Below are positions 1-8,197 of a stretch of DNA of 37,408 nucleotides, in pieces (the stretch's first letter is position 1; every line of letters begins with the position of its first letter). The notes beneath the pieces are model-generated. The model saw nothing but the letters and a program-made list of their open reading frames with translations. It was not told where the DNA came from and made no database searches. The stretch spans positions 1 through 37,408 of the forward strand of contig CAZSSU010000002.1 in NCBI GenBank assembly GCA_964609415.1, in the 5' to 3' direction. The position numbers and the translations under genes are program-made. This DNA comes from an uncultured Christensenella sp. GTDB taxonomy: Bacteria > Bacillota > Clostridia > Christensenellales > Aristaeellaceae.

Positions 1-31
1 GTCACTGGTTCGAGTCCAGTAAGCACCACCA
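1..31 (+). tRNA. 3' end of a tRNA gene (T-arm, 3' acceptor strand, encoded CCA). The 5' part lies outside the window and the isotype cannot be determined.
   Basis: T-stem ACTGG/CCAGT flanks the loop TTCGAGT. It is followed by the 7-nt acceptor strand AAGCACC, discriminator A and CCA at 29-31. A strong terminator hairpin follows immediately. Confidence 0.8.
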
Positions 32-64
32 AATGGTCTGAATCGAAAGATTCAGACCATTTTC
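32..64 (+). terminator. Rho-independent terminator after the tRNA gene
   Basis: Perfect 13-bp stem AATGGTCTGAATC / GATTCAGACCATT (32-44 / 49-61) with a GAAA tetraloop, followed by a run of T. Confidence 0.8.
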
Positions 65-112
65 ATGTGTCGGTTTTGATTGTCGCTCAGGATGACACCC
101 TCAAGCGCGGCA

Positions 113-970
113 TTAGTCCTTGGCTAATGACAAATAAGGCGCGTCGCCTTGGCTTAAGGCGGGCTGGGTAAACCAATGCACCATGCCAAAGGGCAGGTGA
201 TCAGCACCTGGCAGCGTGCCTTCGGGCATGCGCAGGGTGTAGGAGGGGGCATTCACATGCTGGTGGAGGGCAGCCAGGGATGCTTGCCAGGACAGGCCGG
301 CAAGGGCCAGTTCGGTAACGCGCACGCTGCCGTCCCGCCATTCATACAGGCAGGCAGCTTCGCCCTGGGGCGTTTTGATGTACAGCAGATCCCCGCCATC
401 TGCCCGGGTGCTGTCAGCCATAAAGGCAAGGGCATCCTGATCCCATCTGACATATAAGCTGCTTGATGAAAAGGCCTGGTCGCGCAGGCGGAGATAATCT
501 AGCGTGCTGCAAGGGCTGATGGATGTGTCGGGTGGTGCTACACTCAGCTCCTGGGGGAAAAGCGTCAGGCTGTCCAGATAGAAAGCGGTTTCATAGCCGC
601 GTTTGCCATAAAAATCAAAAAGGGAAGGGCTGGCTGGCACCAGGATAGAAGCGGCCATGCCCGCTTCTTGCATATGGGTGTGGGCAGCTTCCAACAGCTG
701 GCTGCTGATGCCCTGGCCCCTGAACTGTTTGAAAGTGGCCACCGCAAACACATAGCGGGCAGACAGCGTTTCCGAATGTGTGACCAGGGTGATGGGCAGC
801 ATGCTGAGCATGCCGGCCAGGTCGTCATTTGCTGTGGCCACCAGCATGTTGTCATGCCGGTGCCGTTTGCTGAAATAGAAATCCGCCTCCTGGGCGCTGG
901 CTTCAAAAGCCTCCTGCCACAGCGCATTTAAGGCTGGCAGGTCGCTGTCCTGGGCGAAGCGAATCATCAT
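113..970 (-). CDS. GNAT-family N-acetyltransferase with a ~130-aa C-terminal extension
   Basis: 285-aa ORF. The acetyl-CoA motif-A-like stretch QFRGQGISSQLLEAAHTHMQEAG sits in the N-terminal half. The ATG lies 1 nt after the TGA of the upstream DUF2156 gene (TGA-C-ATG). Confidence 0.8.
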   Translation of the reverse strand: MMIRFAQDSDLPALNALWQEAFEASAQEADFYFSKRHRHDNMLVATANDDLAGMLSMLPITLVTHSETLSARYVFAVATFKQFRGQGISSQLLEAAHTHMQEAGMAASILVPASPSLFDFYGKRGYETAFYLDSLTLFPQELSVAPPDTSISPCSTLDYLRLRDQAFSSSSLYVRWDQDALAFMADSTRADGGDLLYIKTPQGEAACLYEWRDGSVRVTELALAGLSWQASLAALHQHVNAPSYTLRMPEGTLPGADHLPFGMVHWFTQPALSQGDAPYLSLAKD

Positions 971-971
971 G

Positions 972-1910
972 TCACAAGCTCCCTGTCAATTCAGCGGAGG
1001 ATTTTTCCACCAGGAAGGCCGGGTCGTAGGAGAGCTTGGCTTTCCGCAGGCCTTCGTCTCCGGCGTCGTCCTCCCGGTTCACATAGGTGAATCCCTCAAA
1101 GGCGGCCTGGGCATACTGCTGGTTTATCATCTGATAAGCGCCCTGGATGTCGTAAAAGGCCTTTTCAATATGCACCACAAAGGTATCCTCATTAAGCGCC
1201 TCCCCCATGGTGAATGCGATTACCCTGCCGCCAGCCCGGATGAGCCCGCCGGAAAGCCCCAGGGCTTCATAGTGCTTGAAAGCCTGCTCCACCGCGCAGG
1301 ATTCATCAAAGAGCTCCGCGTCTTCCGTGCAGCCGGCCAGGCGGCACCATTCATGGCTCATGGCCCGGGCGTCCGCCAGGTTGTCCAGGGTCAGGGGTTC
1401 ATAGGCCCAGTCCCTTTCATTGGCCAGGAAGCGGTTGATGTGGTTGCGCTTGCCGCTGAGCTTTTTGCCGCGCAAGGTCATCAGGCTTTCAGCGCTATAA
1501 ACATAGTCATAGTCATTCCGGTCGGGGATGAACTCAAACTTGCCTGGGAAAAGGGCTTCCAGCCGCTCCCGGTCCTGATTTAAAACGGTGTTGAAAATAA
1601 GGGGCTTGCCCATGGCCCTGGTGTAGTCTGCCAAGGCGCGCACGGCAGGGGCGGGGTCACTTTGTCCGGAGGGGAAGATAAAGGTGGGATTCTCCGGGTC
1701 AGAGAGGATGATCAGCTGATCATCAAAGCGGGCGGCGCGAAGCTTATAGATTTCCCGCCAGATGAAGTTGGCGGTGAAGTTATACTCCAAAGCCCCTCGG
1801 TGCCCCAGCTTGAGGAGACCTGTCATCCAGGCTTTGTCACCAAGGGTAATGGGTTTGAAATCAAGGGAAGGTAAAATAAAAAACACACCTTTCTGTCGTA
1901 AGCTTGGCAT
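972..1910 (-). CDS. DUF2156 / MprF C-terminal-domain-like protein (putative aminoacyl-tRNA-dependent transferase fold), soluble, 312 aa
   Basis: The family call rests on LRGKKLSGKRNHINRF, FVVHIEKA and EDDAGDEGLRKAKLSYDP. I place the start at the ATG at 1908-1910 (MPSLRQKG...). The 393-aa track ORF extends upstream only as open frame across the alr promoter and start. No hydrophobic flippase-type segment is present. Confidence 0.72.
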   Translation of the reverse strand: MPSLRQKGVFFILPSLDFKPITLGDKAWMTGLLKLGHRGALEYNFTANFIWREIYKLRAARFDDQLIILSDPENPTFIFPSGQSDPAPAVRALADYTRAMGKPLIFNTVLNQDRERLEALFPGKFEFIPDRNDYDYVYSAESLMTLRGKKLSGKRNHINRFLANERDWAYEPLTLDNLADARAMSHEWCRLAGCTEDAELFDESCAVEQAFKHYEALGLSGGLIRAGGRVIAFTMGEALNEDTFVVHIEKAFYDIQGAYQMINQQYAQAAFEGFTYVNREDDAGDEGLRKAKLSYDPAFLVEKSSAELTGSL

Positions 1911-1959
1911 TTGCCCTGAATAGTATACCCTTTTTGCCGGGGGCAAAAAAACGGCGAGA

Positions 1960-1987
1960 TTGCGTTTTGTGCGGCCTGTGCTATACT
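1960..1987 (+). promoter_or_regulatory. Candidate sigma-A-type promoter for alr
   Basis: TTGCGT (1960-1965), 16-nt spacer, TATACT (1982-1987), about 40 nt upstream of the alr ATG. Confidence 0.45.
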
Positions 1988-2027
1988 GGTCTGGTGAGAT
2001 TTGAATGAAATGACTGAAGGAATTGTG

Positions 2028-3122
2028 ATGTACAGACACACATTTGCCCAGGTGAACCTGGCCAATTACAAGGCCAATGTGAAAACGGCCATGCGCCTGG
2101 CTGGGCTGGGGGTGAAGCTGCTGGCGGTGGTCAAGGCGGATGCTTACGGCCATGGCTTAGTGCCCATAGCCAGGGCAGCCCAGGATGCCGGCGCGGCCTA
2201 TCTGGGCGTGGCCCTGGCGGAGGAAGGGGAGGCCTTGCGGGAAGCGGGGATTGATCTGCCCATTCTCATCCTGGGCCCGGTTAACGAAGCAGGCACCCTG
2301 GCCGCCGTTAAACATGGCTTGACCATGACAGTGTTTAGGCCTGATCAGGTGAAAATGGCCCAGCAAGCCGCCGTGCGGACAGGGCGGCCTGCCCTTGTGC
2401 ATGTGAAAATTGATACCGGCATGAACCGCATTGGCCTTAAAACGGAGCAAGCGCTAAGAGATCTGCTGGAGACCATCAGGGGGAGCCAGGGCCTTGAACT
2501 GACCGGGGCTTTCACCCACTTTGCCGATGGGGATAACCCGGATACCGCCTTTACGGAGGGACAGTTAAGCCGATTTACACAGATGATCGCGCTATTGCCC
2601 CCGGGCCTTCTGGTTCACGGGGCGGCCAGCTCCATGTTGCCCCGGGAGGGAGCCCGGTTTAACATGGTGCGCCCAGGCATCGCGCTGTATGGCTACCCTT
2701 CTGTGCCCTATGGGGAGGCGATGCTGCCAGTGATGAGCTGGGAGGCGGAGATCACCTATGTGAAGGACATCGCCGCTGGCGAAGCGGTAGGGTATGGCGT
2801 GACCTATTATGCGCAGGAACCCATCCGCCTGGCGACCCTGGCCGTGGGCTATGGGGATGGCTATCCCCGTTGCCTGTCAAACAAAGGCCAGGTGCTGGTG
2901 GGCGGCAGGCGCTGCCCAGTTGTTGGCCGGGTGTGCATGGATCAGATGATGGTGGATGTGACCGGGGTGCCTGAAGTGGCCCCGGGCGATCAGGCCACGC
3001 TCCTTGGCAGCCAGGGAGAAAACAGCGTGCTGGCGGATGAACTGGCTGACCTGGCGGGGACCATTCCCTATGAGGTGCTGCTGGGCATAAGCCCCCGTGT
3101 GCCCCGGATTTATACTGAATGA
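2028..3122 (+). CDS. alr: Alanine racemase
   Basis: The translation has VVKADAYGHG (PLP-lysine motif) and overall alanine racemase architecture through the C-terminal VGRVCMDQMMVD. The start is taken at ATG 2028, preceded by GAAGGA 6 nt upstream. The track ORF opens at 2001. Confidence 0.92.
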   Translation: MYRHTFAQVNLANYKANVKTAMRLAGLGVKLLAVVKADAYGHGLVPIARAAQDAGAAYLGVALAEEGEALREAGIDLPILILGPVNEAGTLAAVKHGLTMTVFRPDQVKMAQQAAVRTGRPALVHVKIDTGMNRIGLKTEQALRDLLETIRGSQGLELTGAFTHFADGDNPDTAFTEGQLSRFTQMIALLPPGLLVHGAASSMLPREGARFNMVRPGIALYGYPSVPYGEAMLPVMSWEAEITYVKDIAAGEAVGYGVTYYAQEPIRLATLAVGYGDGYPRCLSNKGQVLVGGRRCPVVGRVCMDQMMVDVTGVPEVAPGDQATLLGSQGENSVLADELADLAGTIPYEVLLGISPRVPRIYTE

Positions 3123-3922
3123 GGGCGCTGATGGATAAAAAGAAAAAGCAGGCGCAGCTTGTGTACAAGCCCTATCTCAAAGGGCGCTGGGCCAGTTCCC
3201 TTGCCGCCAAACGGGGTGGCCGGATCGCTGTCTTTATGGTGATGAGCGTTTTTGTGTTTTTCTTCCTGGGGCAGTTGATGGCGCTTGATATTGCCTGGCT
3301 GAGGATTCTGATTAACCTGATGATGTTGACGCTTTTCGCCATGCTGTTCTACGCGGATGGCGCTCGCATGGGGGAGGGGGATGCCGCCTTTGCGGAAATC
3401 GCCCTGGCCCGCCAGCAGGAAGGAAAAACTATCCCACAAAAGGATCTGGACCGCTGCTTTCACCCGTGGAAAGGGTTCTTCACCGCTTTGGTGGGCGTGG
3501 CGCCTTTTGTCTTGCTCTGCCTGGTGTATGCCCCCATGGCCCAAAAGGCCAGCTATACCCTGGGCGTGTTGCCAGGCTGGCTGGCGGGTTATGAGAAGCG
3601 GGCGGACATCGGCCTGGCTCTGGCCTACTACCACCAGCAGGCCCCCTTCGGGCTGGCAGACGCTTTAAAGGTGGCGGTGCGGCTTATGGTGTTCCCCTAT
3701 GTGAACCTGGTGGGGCCTGATCACGCGGTGGGGATGCTGTGGGTGGAACGGCTGGCGCCCTTGCTTGTGATGCTGGCCCCCATGGCCTATGGGATAGGCT
3801 ACCGCCGGGGCGACACCATGCGCGCCATGGTGCATGGCGGCATTGCCGTGAGCCAGCGCCGGAAGAAGCGTCAGGATGCCCGTCGGAAGAAGGCTGAACA
3901 TCAGCCCAGGCAACTATTGTGA
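3119..3922 (+). CDS. Uncharacterised polytopic membrane protein
   Basis: 267-aa ORF with several hydrophobic segments (IAVFMVMSVFVFFFLG, ILINLMMLTLFAMLF, FFTALVGVAPFVLLCLVYAP, LAPLLVMLAPMAYGIG) and a basic C-terminal tail. ATG 3119 overlaps the alr TGA (ATGA). An alternative ATG at 3131 has GAGGG 5 nt upstream. I recognise no family. Confidence 0.6.
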   Translation: MRALMDKKKKQAQLVYKPYLKGRWASSLAAKRGGRIAVFMVMSVFVFFFLGQLMALDIAWLRILINLMMLTLFAMLFYADGARMGEGDAAFAEIALARQQEGKTIPQKDLDRCFHPWKGFFTALVGVAPFVLLCLVYAPMAQKASYTLGVLPGWLAGYEKRADIGLALAYYHQQAPFGLADALKVAVRLMVFPYVNLVGPDHAVGMLWVERLAPLLVMLAPMAYGIGYRRGDTMRAMVHGGIAVSQRRKKRQDARRKKAEHQPRQLL

Positions 3923-4491
3923 AAGCGAACCTTGTATTAACCGGAGGCAGCCATCGCTCCAGGCGGCTATATGCGCCGGAAGGCCGGGACACCCGCCCCA
4001 CCCGCGCCATGGTGCGGGAAGCGCTGTTCAATATGCTGCAAGGGGCCGCGGAAGGCGCCCAGGTGCTTGATTTATTTGCAGGCAGCGGGGCACTGGGCTT
4101 TGAGGCCATCAGCCGGGGAGCTGAGGCCGTGGTGTTTTGTGACCGTGCGGCGGATGCCATCGCGGTGATCAGCAAAAATGCGGCGCTACTCAAAGAGGAG
4201 GCCCGCTGCGCCTTCCTGAGGATGGACTGGCAGCAGGGATTGGGCCAGCTGTCAGCCGCAGGACGCCAATTTGACCTAGTGTTTCTTGACCCGCCTTATG
4301 GGCTTGATTTATCCCCGGTATTGATAGCGCTTCAATCCATGAAGCTGCTGAAAAAAAACGTCACCCTGGCGCTTGAGCATGGGGGAAAAGCAGCCCTTGC
4401 GCTGCCCCAGGGCTTTGAAATATCCAAGGCTAAGCGCTATGGCGAGAGCGGCATCACCCTGCTGACACCAGTTGAGGAGGAACGTGCATGA
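3919..4491 (+). CDS. rsmD: 16S rRNA (guanine966-N2)-methyltransferase RsmD
   Basis: Motifs TRPTRAMVREALFNML, VLDLFAGSGALGFEAISRGA and FLDPPY. The GTG start overlaps the upstream TGA. The gene sits directly upstream of coaD, as is typical in Firmicutes. Confidence 0.9.
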   Translation: MKANLVLTGGSHRSRRLYAPEGRDTRPTRAMVREALFNMLQGAAEGAQVLDLFAGSGALGFEAISRGAEAVVFCDRAADAIAVISKNAALLKEEARCAFLRMDWQQGLGQLSAAGRQFDLVFLDPPYGLDLSPVLIALQSMKLLKKNVTLALEHGGKAALALPQGFEISKAKRYGESGITLLTPVEEERA

Positions 4492-4970
4492 AAGCAATTT
4501 TCCCCGGCAGCTTTGATCCCATCACCCTGGGACACATGGATTTGATCAAGCGGGCAGCTGCATTTTGTGAGCAGCTGACTGTGGCCATTCTGATCAATCC
4601 GGAAAAAGCGGGTACATTCCCTTTGACCCAGCGCCTGGATATGGTAAAATCTGCCTGTGAGGGCATTGGCAAGATCCAGGTGACACATTTTTCCGGGCTT
4701 TTGGTTGATTTTGCCCGGGAGCAGGATGCCGGGCTCATCATCCGCGGGGTGCGCACAGGCGTGGATCTGGAGAGCGAAACGGCCATGGCTTGGGCCAATG
4801 CGGCCATGCTGCCGGGGCTTGAAACCCTTTTCCTGCCCGCTGCCAACGGCCTGGGTGGGGTGTCCTCCTCCCTGGTGCGGCAAATTGCCCAATTCGGCGG
4901 GGATGTAAGCCCTTTTGTGCCCCCATGCGTGGTGGATCAAATCCGCGCGCGTTTTAACCATAAAGACTGA
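4488..4970 (+). CDS. coaD: Phosphopantetheine adenylyltransferase
   Basis: N-terminus MKAIFPGSFDPITLGHMDLIKRA (T/HxGH nucleotidyltransferase motif), 160 aa. GAGGAGG RBS and an ATGA overlap with rsmD. Confidence 0.95.
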   Translation: MKAIFPGSFDPITLGHMDLIKRAAAFCEQLTVAILINPEKAGTFPLTQRLDMVKSACEGIGKIQVTHFSGLLVDFAREQDAGLIIRGVRTGVDLESETAMAWANAAMLPGLETLFLPAANGLGGVSSSLVRQIAQFGGDVSPFVPPCVVDQIRARFNHKD

Positions 4971-5001
4971 CTAACCCAAGCAATGAAGGAGGTAACACGG
5001 T

Positions 5002-5646
5002 ATGGCCAGAACAGAAGTATTTGCCCTGGCGGACGAATTGATGCTGCTGATTAAAAACGCCAAGAAGCTCCCGCTGACGGATACCGCTTTGGTGAACCAG
5101 AACACGGGGATTGATCTGATCAAACGCATCATCTCCGCCTATGACCCGCAGCTGGACGCCGCGCAAAAAATCGTGGACAATGAAGAACACATCATCATGG
5201 ATGCCCAGCACAAGGCTGACCAGTCCATGAAAGATGCCCAGAACCAGGCCCAGGGCATGGTGAATGAGGCCAATTCCTACGCCCAGACCACCAAGCAGAA
5301 CGCGGATAGCTACTATGCTGACCTGCGCGCCAAGGCTGAGGAAGAGGCCAACGCCGTGGTGGCAGACGCCCAAGCCCGTGCCCAGAACATGATTGAAGAT
5401 GCCAAGGCCCAGGCGGACACCCTGGTGAGCGAAACCACCATCCTGGCCCGGGCGGAAGCCCAGGCCCAGGAACTGCTGGAGAACGCCAATCAGCATGCCC
5501 TGTCCCTGCGCAACCAGACCCAGCATGACCTGGGCAACCTGCTGGACCATGTGGATGCCACCATCTCCGCCCAATTGGGCGACCTGCGCGCCATCCGCCA
5601 GAATGTGGCTGGTGCCCAGCCCCATTACGAGGAAGACGAACAGTAA
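5002..5646 (+). CDS. Coiled-coil protein, A/Q/E/D-rich (ATP-synthase subunit b/H-like or DivIVA-like low-complexity helix)
   Basis: 214 aa, strongly helical and charged composition (AQARAQNMIEDAKAQADTL, EAQAQELLENANQHAL). GAAGGAGG RBS upstream and a strong terminator downstream. Function is not assignable from sequence. Confidence 0.65.
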   Translation: MARTEVFALADELMLLIKNAKKLPLTDTALVNQNTGIDLIKRIISAYDPQLDAAQKIVDNEEHIIMDAQHKADQSMKDAQNQAQGMVNEANSYAQTTKQNADSYYADLRAKAEEEANAVVADAQARAQNMIEDAKAQADTLVSETTILARAEAQAQELLENANQHALSLRNQTQHDLGNLLDHVDATISAQLGDLRAIRQNVAGAQPHYEEDEQ

Positions 5647-5655
5647 TTTTAAACA

Positions 5656-5701
5656 ACAAAAAACCGGGGGAAGCGTCAAATGGTGCTTCCCCCGGTTTTT
5701 C
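5656..5701. terminator. Bidirectional rho-independent terminator between the convergent coiled-coil gene and the S41 peptidase gene
   Basis: Stem CCGGGGGAAGC / GCTTCCCCCGG (5664-5674 / 5685-5695), flanked by an A-run on the left and a T-run on the right. Confidence 0.85.
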
Positions 5702-5712
5702 AATGAATCGCT

Positions 5713-6930
5713 TTACTTAATTGATTTTTGTGCCTCTTCATAAGCCCTGGCCAGCTGGGGATCTGTCATATCGCCCAGCTCAAAGAACTTGCTTTTCAAT
5801 TCTTCTGGCATCTCCACCTCAATGGTGGGGATGACGCCTTCCTTGTGCACCTTGTTGCCCTCAGGGGAGTAGTACTGGGCGTAGGTGAACTGGAAGCCGG
5901 ACTTGCCGTCAGACAGCGGAATCACATACTGGATGATGCCTTTGCCGAAGGTTTTGGTGCCGATGATGGTGGCGCGCTCGTAATCCTTCATGGCGGCGGT
6001 GACGATTTCAGAGGAGGAGGCGGAGTGCTCATTCACCAGGATGGTTAGGGGAATGTCATCCTTGCCGTTGCTGGTGTAGAATTTTTCCTGGTGGCCGTTG
6101 CGGTCCTCAGCGTAGTAAATCAGCGCCTTGTCCAGGAACAGGTCAGCGATTTTGATGCCGTCCTCCACCCAGCCGCCGGGGTTGTCTCTCAGGTCCATAA
6201 TCAGGGACTTCATGCCCTGCTCCTTCAATTCGTTATAGGCCTTGGTGAAGGCTTCTGCACTGTCGCCGGCGAACTCAAAGAGCATGATATAGCCCACTTT
6301 ATCGTCCAGCATCTTATATTCGACGCGGTTGACGATGATTTCAGCCTTGATCAGATCAAAGGGGAGCACCTCGCCCTGGCGCGCCACCTCGATGTGCACT
6401 TTTTCGCCGGGCTTGCCGCGCATGATATCCACTGCGTCCTGCATGGTGGCGGTGGTCACCTGGATGTCCTCCACCGTCACAAACACATCGCCTTTTTTTA
6501 GCCCCGCGGCTTCCGCCGGGGTGTTCCTGAAAACCCGGGTGATGGTGACAGCACCGGTTTCATAGTCGCCCAGCATCTGCACGCCGATGCCCGCGTATTT
6601 GCCTTCATCCTCTTCCTTCATCTTGGCCCAGGCTTCCTCCGGGTAATAGAAGGAGTAGGCATCGCCCAAGCCTGACAGCAGGCCCTGGATGGCACCGTCC
6701 ATGAGCTTCTGCTCATCGGTTTCCTCATAGAAGTAGGAGTCGACGTAGTTTTTAACTTCGTCCAGCATCTCATACTTCTTCAGCCGTTCATACTCCTGGC
6801 GGGAGATGGTGACCGTATCCCCCGAGGCTTTGCCGCTGGTTTGCCAGAAGGAGGAGGCGCTGAAGATGGGCAGGACGAGGGCAAGGGCCAGCACAAGGGC
6901 TAGCCAGGTCAGGCGGCGGTTGTTTTTCAT
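5713..6930 (-). CDS. S41-family C-terminal processing (tail-specific) peptidase with PDZ domain
   Basis: N-terminal signal/anchor LTWLALVLALALVL. PDZ-like segment GIGVQM...GDVFVTVED. Catalytic-region motifs DLRDNPGGWV, SASSSEIV and TFGKGIIQ. Confidence 0.9.
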   Translation of the reverse strand: MKNNRRLTWLALVLALALVLPIFSASSFWQTSGKASGDTVTISRQEYERLKKYEMLDEVKNYVDSYFYEETDEQKLMDGAIQGLLSGLGDAYSFYYPEEAWAKMKEEDEGKYAGIGVQMLGDYETGAVTITRVFRNTPAEAAGLKKGDVFVTVEDIQVTTATMQDAVDIMRGKPGEKVHIEVARQGEVLPFDLIKAEIIVNRVEYKMLDDKVGYIMLFEFAGDSAEAFTKAYNELKEQGMKSLIMDLRDNPGGWVEDGIKIADLFLDKALIYYAEDRNGHQEKFYTSNGKDDIPLTILVNEHSASSSEIVTAAMKDYERATIIGTKTFGKGIIQYVIPLSDGKSGFQFTYAQYYSPEGNKVHKEGVIPTIEVEMPEELKSKFFELGDMTDPQLARAYEEAQKSIK

Positions 6931-8006
6931 GATATTCCTTTCCCCGGGGTTTCCGGGCCGGTGCCCGGCAGGGCAGAGGCGCGTTTTTTCAGATCCAGCA
7001 GCAGCTTGAACGTCATCGCGTCGTGAAAGCGGCGCAGGTCAAGGCCCAGCTGCTTTTGCACCTTGTCCAGACGGTATACCAGCGTGTTCCGGTGGATGTA
7101 CAATTCCCGCGACGCGTCGGACAGGTTCAGGTTTTTATCAAAGAACATGGTGATGGTTTTCAGCATGTCCTCGTTGAGGAGTTTTGCGGTTTTCCGGTTG
7201 AAGACCAGGGGGTAGTAACGGCTGGCGATTTCCTCCGGGGTTTGCATCAGGAAGCGCTCCATCATGAGGCTGCGGTGCTCATAGATGCCTGATTCGTGGG
7301 GGTACACCCGGCTGAGCAGCAGAGCGCTTGAAGCCTGCTCAAAGGAAAGGGGCAGTGCCGCCAGGGTGGGCACCGTTTCCCCGATGCCAATCAGGGCTTG
7401 CTGGCCCAGCTCGTTCATCAAGGTGTCCTGAAGGGCGGCGGCAAATTCGCCCATCTCATCAGCGCTTTCACCTGTCATATCCCTGATGAAGGCGGCAGTG
7501 TGCTGGTCCATGGCCACCAGCCTGTCATCCCCCTGGATGGGGAGGACGTTTTCCAGCATGGCCCCGGCACCTTCCGGCGCGGTTTTTTCAAGGCCCAGCA
7601 GCATCACACAGCGAGGCGCGTTTTCTGCCACATGGTGCTGACGGGTGAGGGCAAGCTGCTCCACTGGGCTTAGCTGCCCCAGCAGCAGGCGTCTAAGGGC
7701 TGTGTCAAGGCCAGCGCCTGCGCCATGGGATTTCGCAATGGCCTGGATCATGGCGGCGGTCAGCCGCAGGAAATCAGCGGCGCCAGGCGAATCCTTGACT
7801 GCCAGCACCTCCCCGGAAAGCCCGGGCAGCAGCAGGAAGAGGTATCCGTTTTGCAGGAAGCATACATCTGCCTCCAGGGCGGAGGGGAGCTTGAATGATT
7901 CCAGCTGGCGGGGGAAGAGACACTTCCCATCCTGATCCAGCAGGAACACGGCGGTGTTCAACCTGGCCAGCACCGCACAGCTTTCCGTCAGGGCTTCCTG
8001 ATGCAC
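6927..8006 (-). CDS. PucR/CdaR-family transcriptional regulator
   Basis: C-terminal PucR-type HTH: LNLSDASRELYIHRNTLVYRLDKVQKQLGLDL. GTG start with GGGGAG upstream. The stop overlaps the peptidase ATG (ATGA). Confidence 0.8.
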   Translation of the reverse strand: MHQEALTESCAVLARLNTAVFLLDQDGKCLFPRQLESFKLPSALEADVCFLQNGYLFLLLPGLSGEVLAVKDSPGAADFLRLTAAMIQAIAKSHGAGAGLDTALRRLLLGQLSPVEQLALTRQHHVAENAPRCVMLLGLEKTAPEGAGAMLENVLPIQGDDRLVAMDQHTAAFIRDMTGESADEMGEFAAALQDTLMNELGQQALIGIGETVPTLAALPLSFEQASSALLLSRVYPHESGIYEHRSLMMERFLMQTPEEIASRYYPLVFNRKTAKLLNEDMLKTITMFFDKNLNLSDASRELYIHRNTLVYRLDKVQKQLGLDLRRFHDAMTFKLLLDLKKRASALPGTGPETPGKGIS

Positions 8007-8111
8007 GCTTTCTCCCCGCTTTCCTCATATTTCTCTCCGAGTATACCAGAAAAGCGCCGCTTAAAAAAGAACGGCCTGTTAAATGTGAGGCCATCAAAGA
8101 AAGGCCTGAGA

Positions 8112-8140
8112 TTGACAGAGGGCGTCATGCCCATTATAGT
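8112..8140 (+). promoter_or_regulatory. Near-consensus sigma-A promoter for the GNAT-Nudix gene
   Basis: TTGACA (8112-8117), 17-nt spacer, TATAGT (8135-8140). A 57-nt leader ends in an AAGGAGAGG RBS. Confidence 0.6.
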
Positions 8141-8197
8141 TAAATGGGTTGTTATGCAGACAGCATTATAGTGTTCAAATAAAAGGAGAGGCAAGCG

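Noticed and set aside
1931-1949. Hairpin TTTTTGCC-GGG-GGCAAAAA as a terminator between the DUF2156 gene and alr
   Set aside because: It lies between divergent gene starts, not gene ends. The stem is A/T-rich with only three G-C pairs and it has no downstream U-run on either strand. It more likely overlaps the -35 region of the minus-strand promoter (possible operator), but the evidence is too thin to call.
1911-2153. N-terminal 81-aa extension of the DUF2156 ORF. Analogous upstream extensions lie at 21948-22196, 23533-23715, 26137-26250, 34954-35022 and 18362-18406.
   Set aside because: The extensions run through neighbouring genes or promoters and have no family similarity. In each case an internal start with a good Shine-Dalgarno sequence, or a 4-nt stop/start overlap, gives a protein of the expected family length.
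5002-5646. Coiled-coil protein as an ATP synthase subunit b, implying an atp operon
   Set aside because: No other atp genes are nearby, there is no N-terminal TM helix, and the similarity is compositional (Ala/Gln/Glu-rich helix). It is kept as a generic coiled-coil protein.
4954-5703. 249-aa minus-strand ORF covering the whole coiled-coil gene. Similar long antisense ORFs lie at 11276-11998, 15884-16537, 17570-18310, 26275-26844 and 31966-32550.
   Set aside because: They lie exactly antisense to, or out of frame with, genes that carry recognisable family motifs. They have Gly/Arg/Pro/His-rich low-complexity translations and lack RBSs. This is the typical behaviour of shadow ORFs in G+C-rich DNA.
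8007-8197. 191-nt intergenic region as a riboswitch or sRNA locus
   Set aside because: It is fully explained by two divergent promoters (TTGACA/TATAGT on the plus strand, TATACT on the minus strand) and a short unstructured leader. The small GGCC-containing hairpins are weak and not followed by U-runs.
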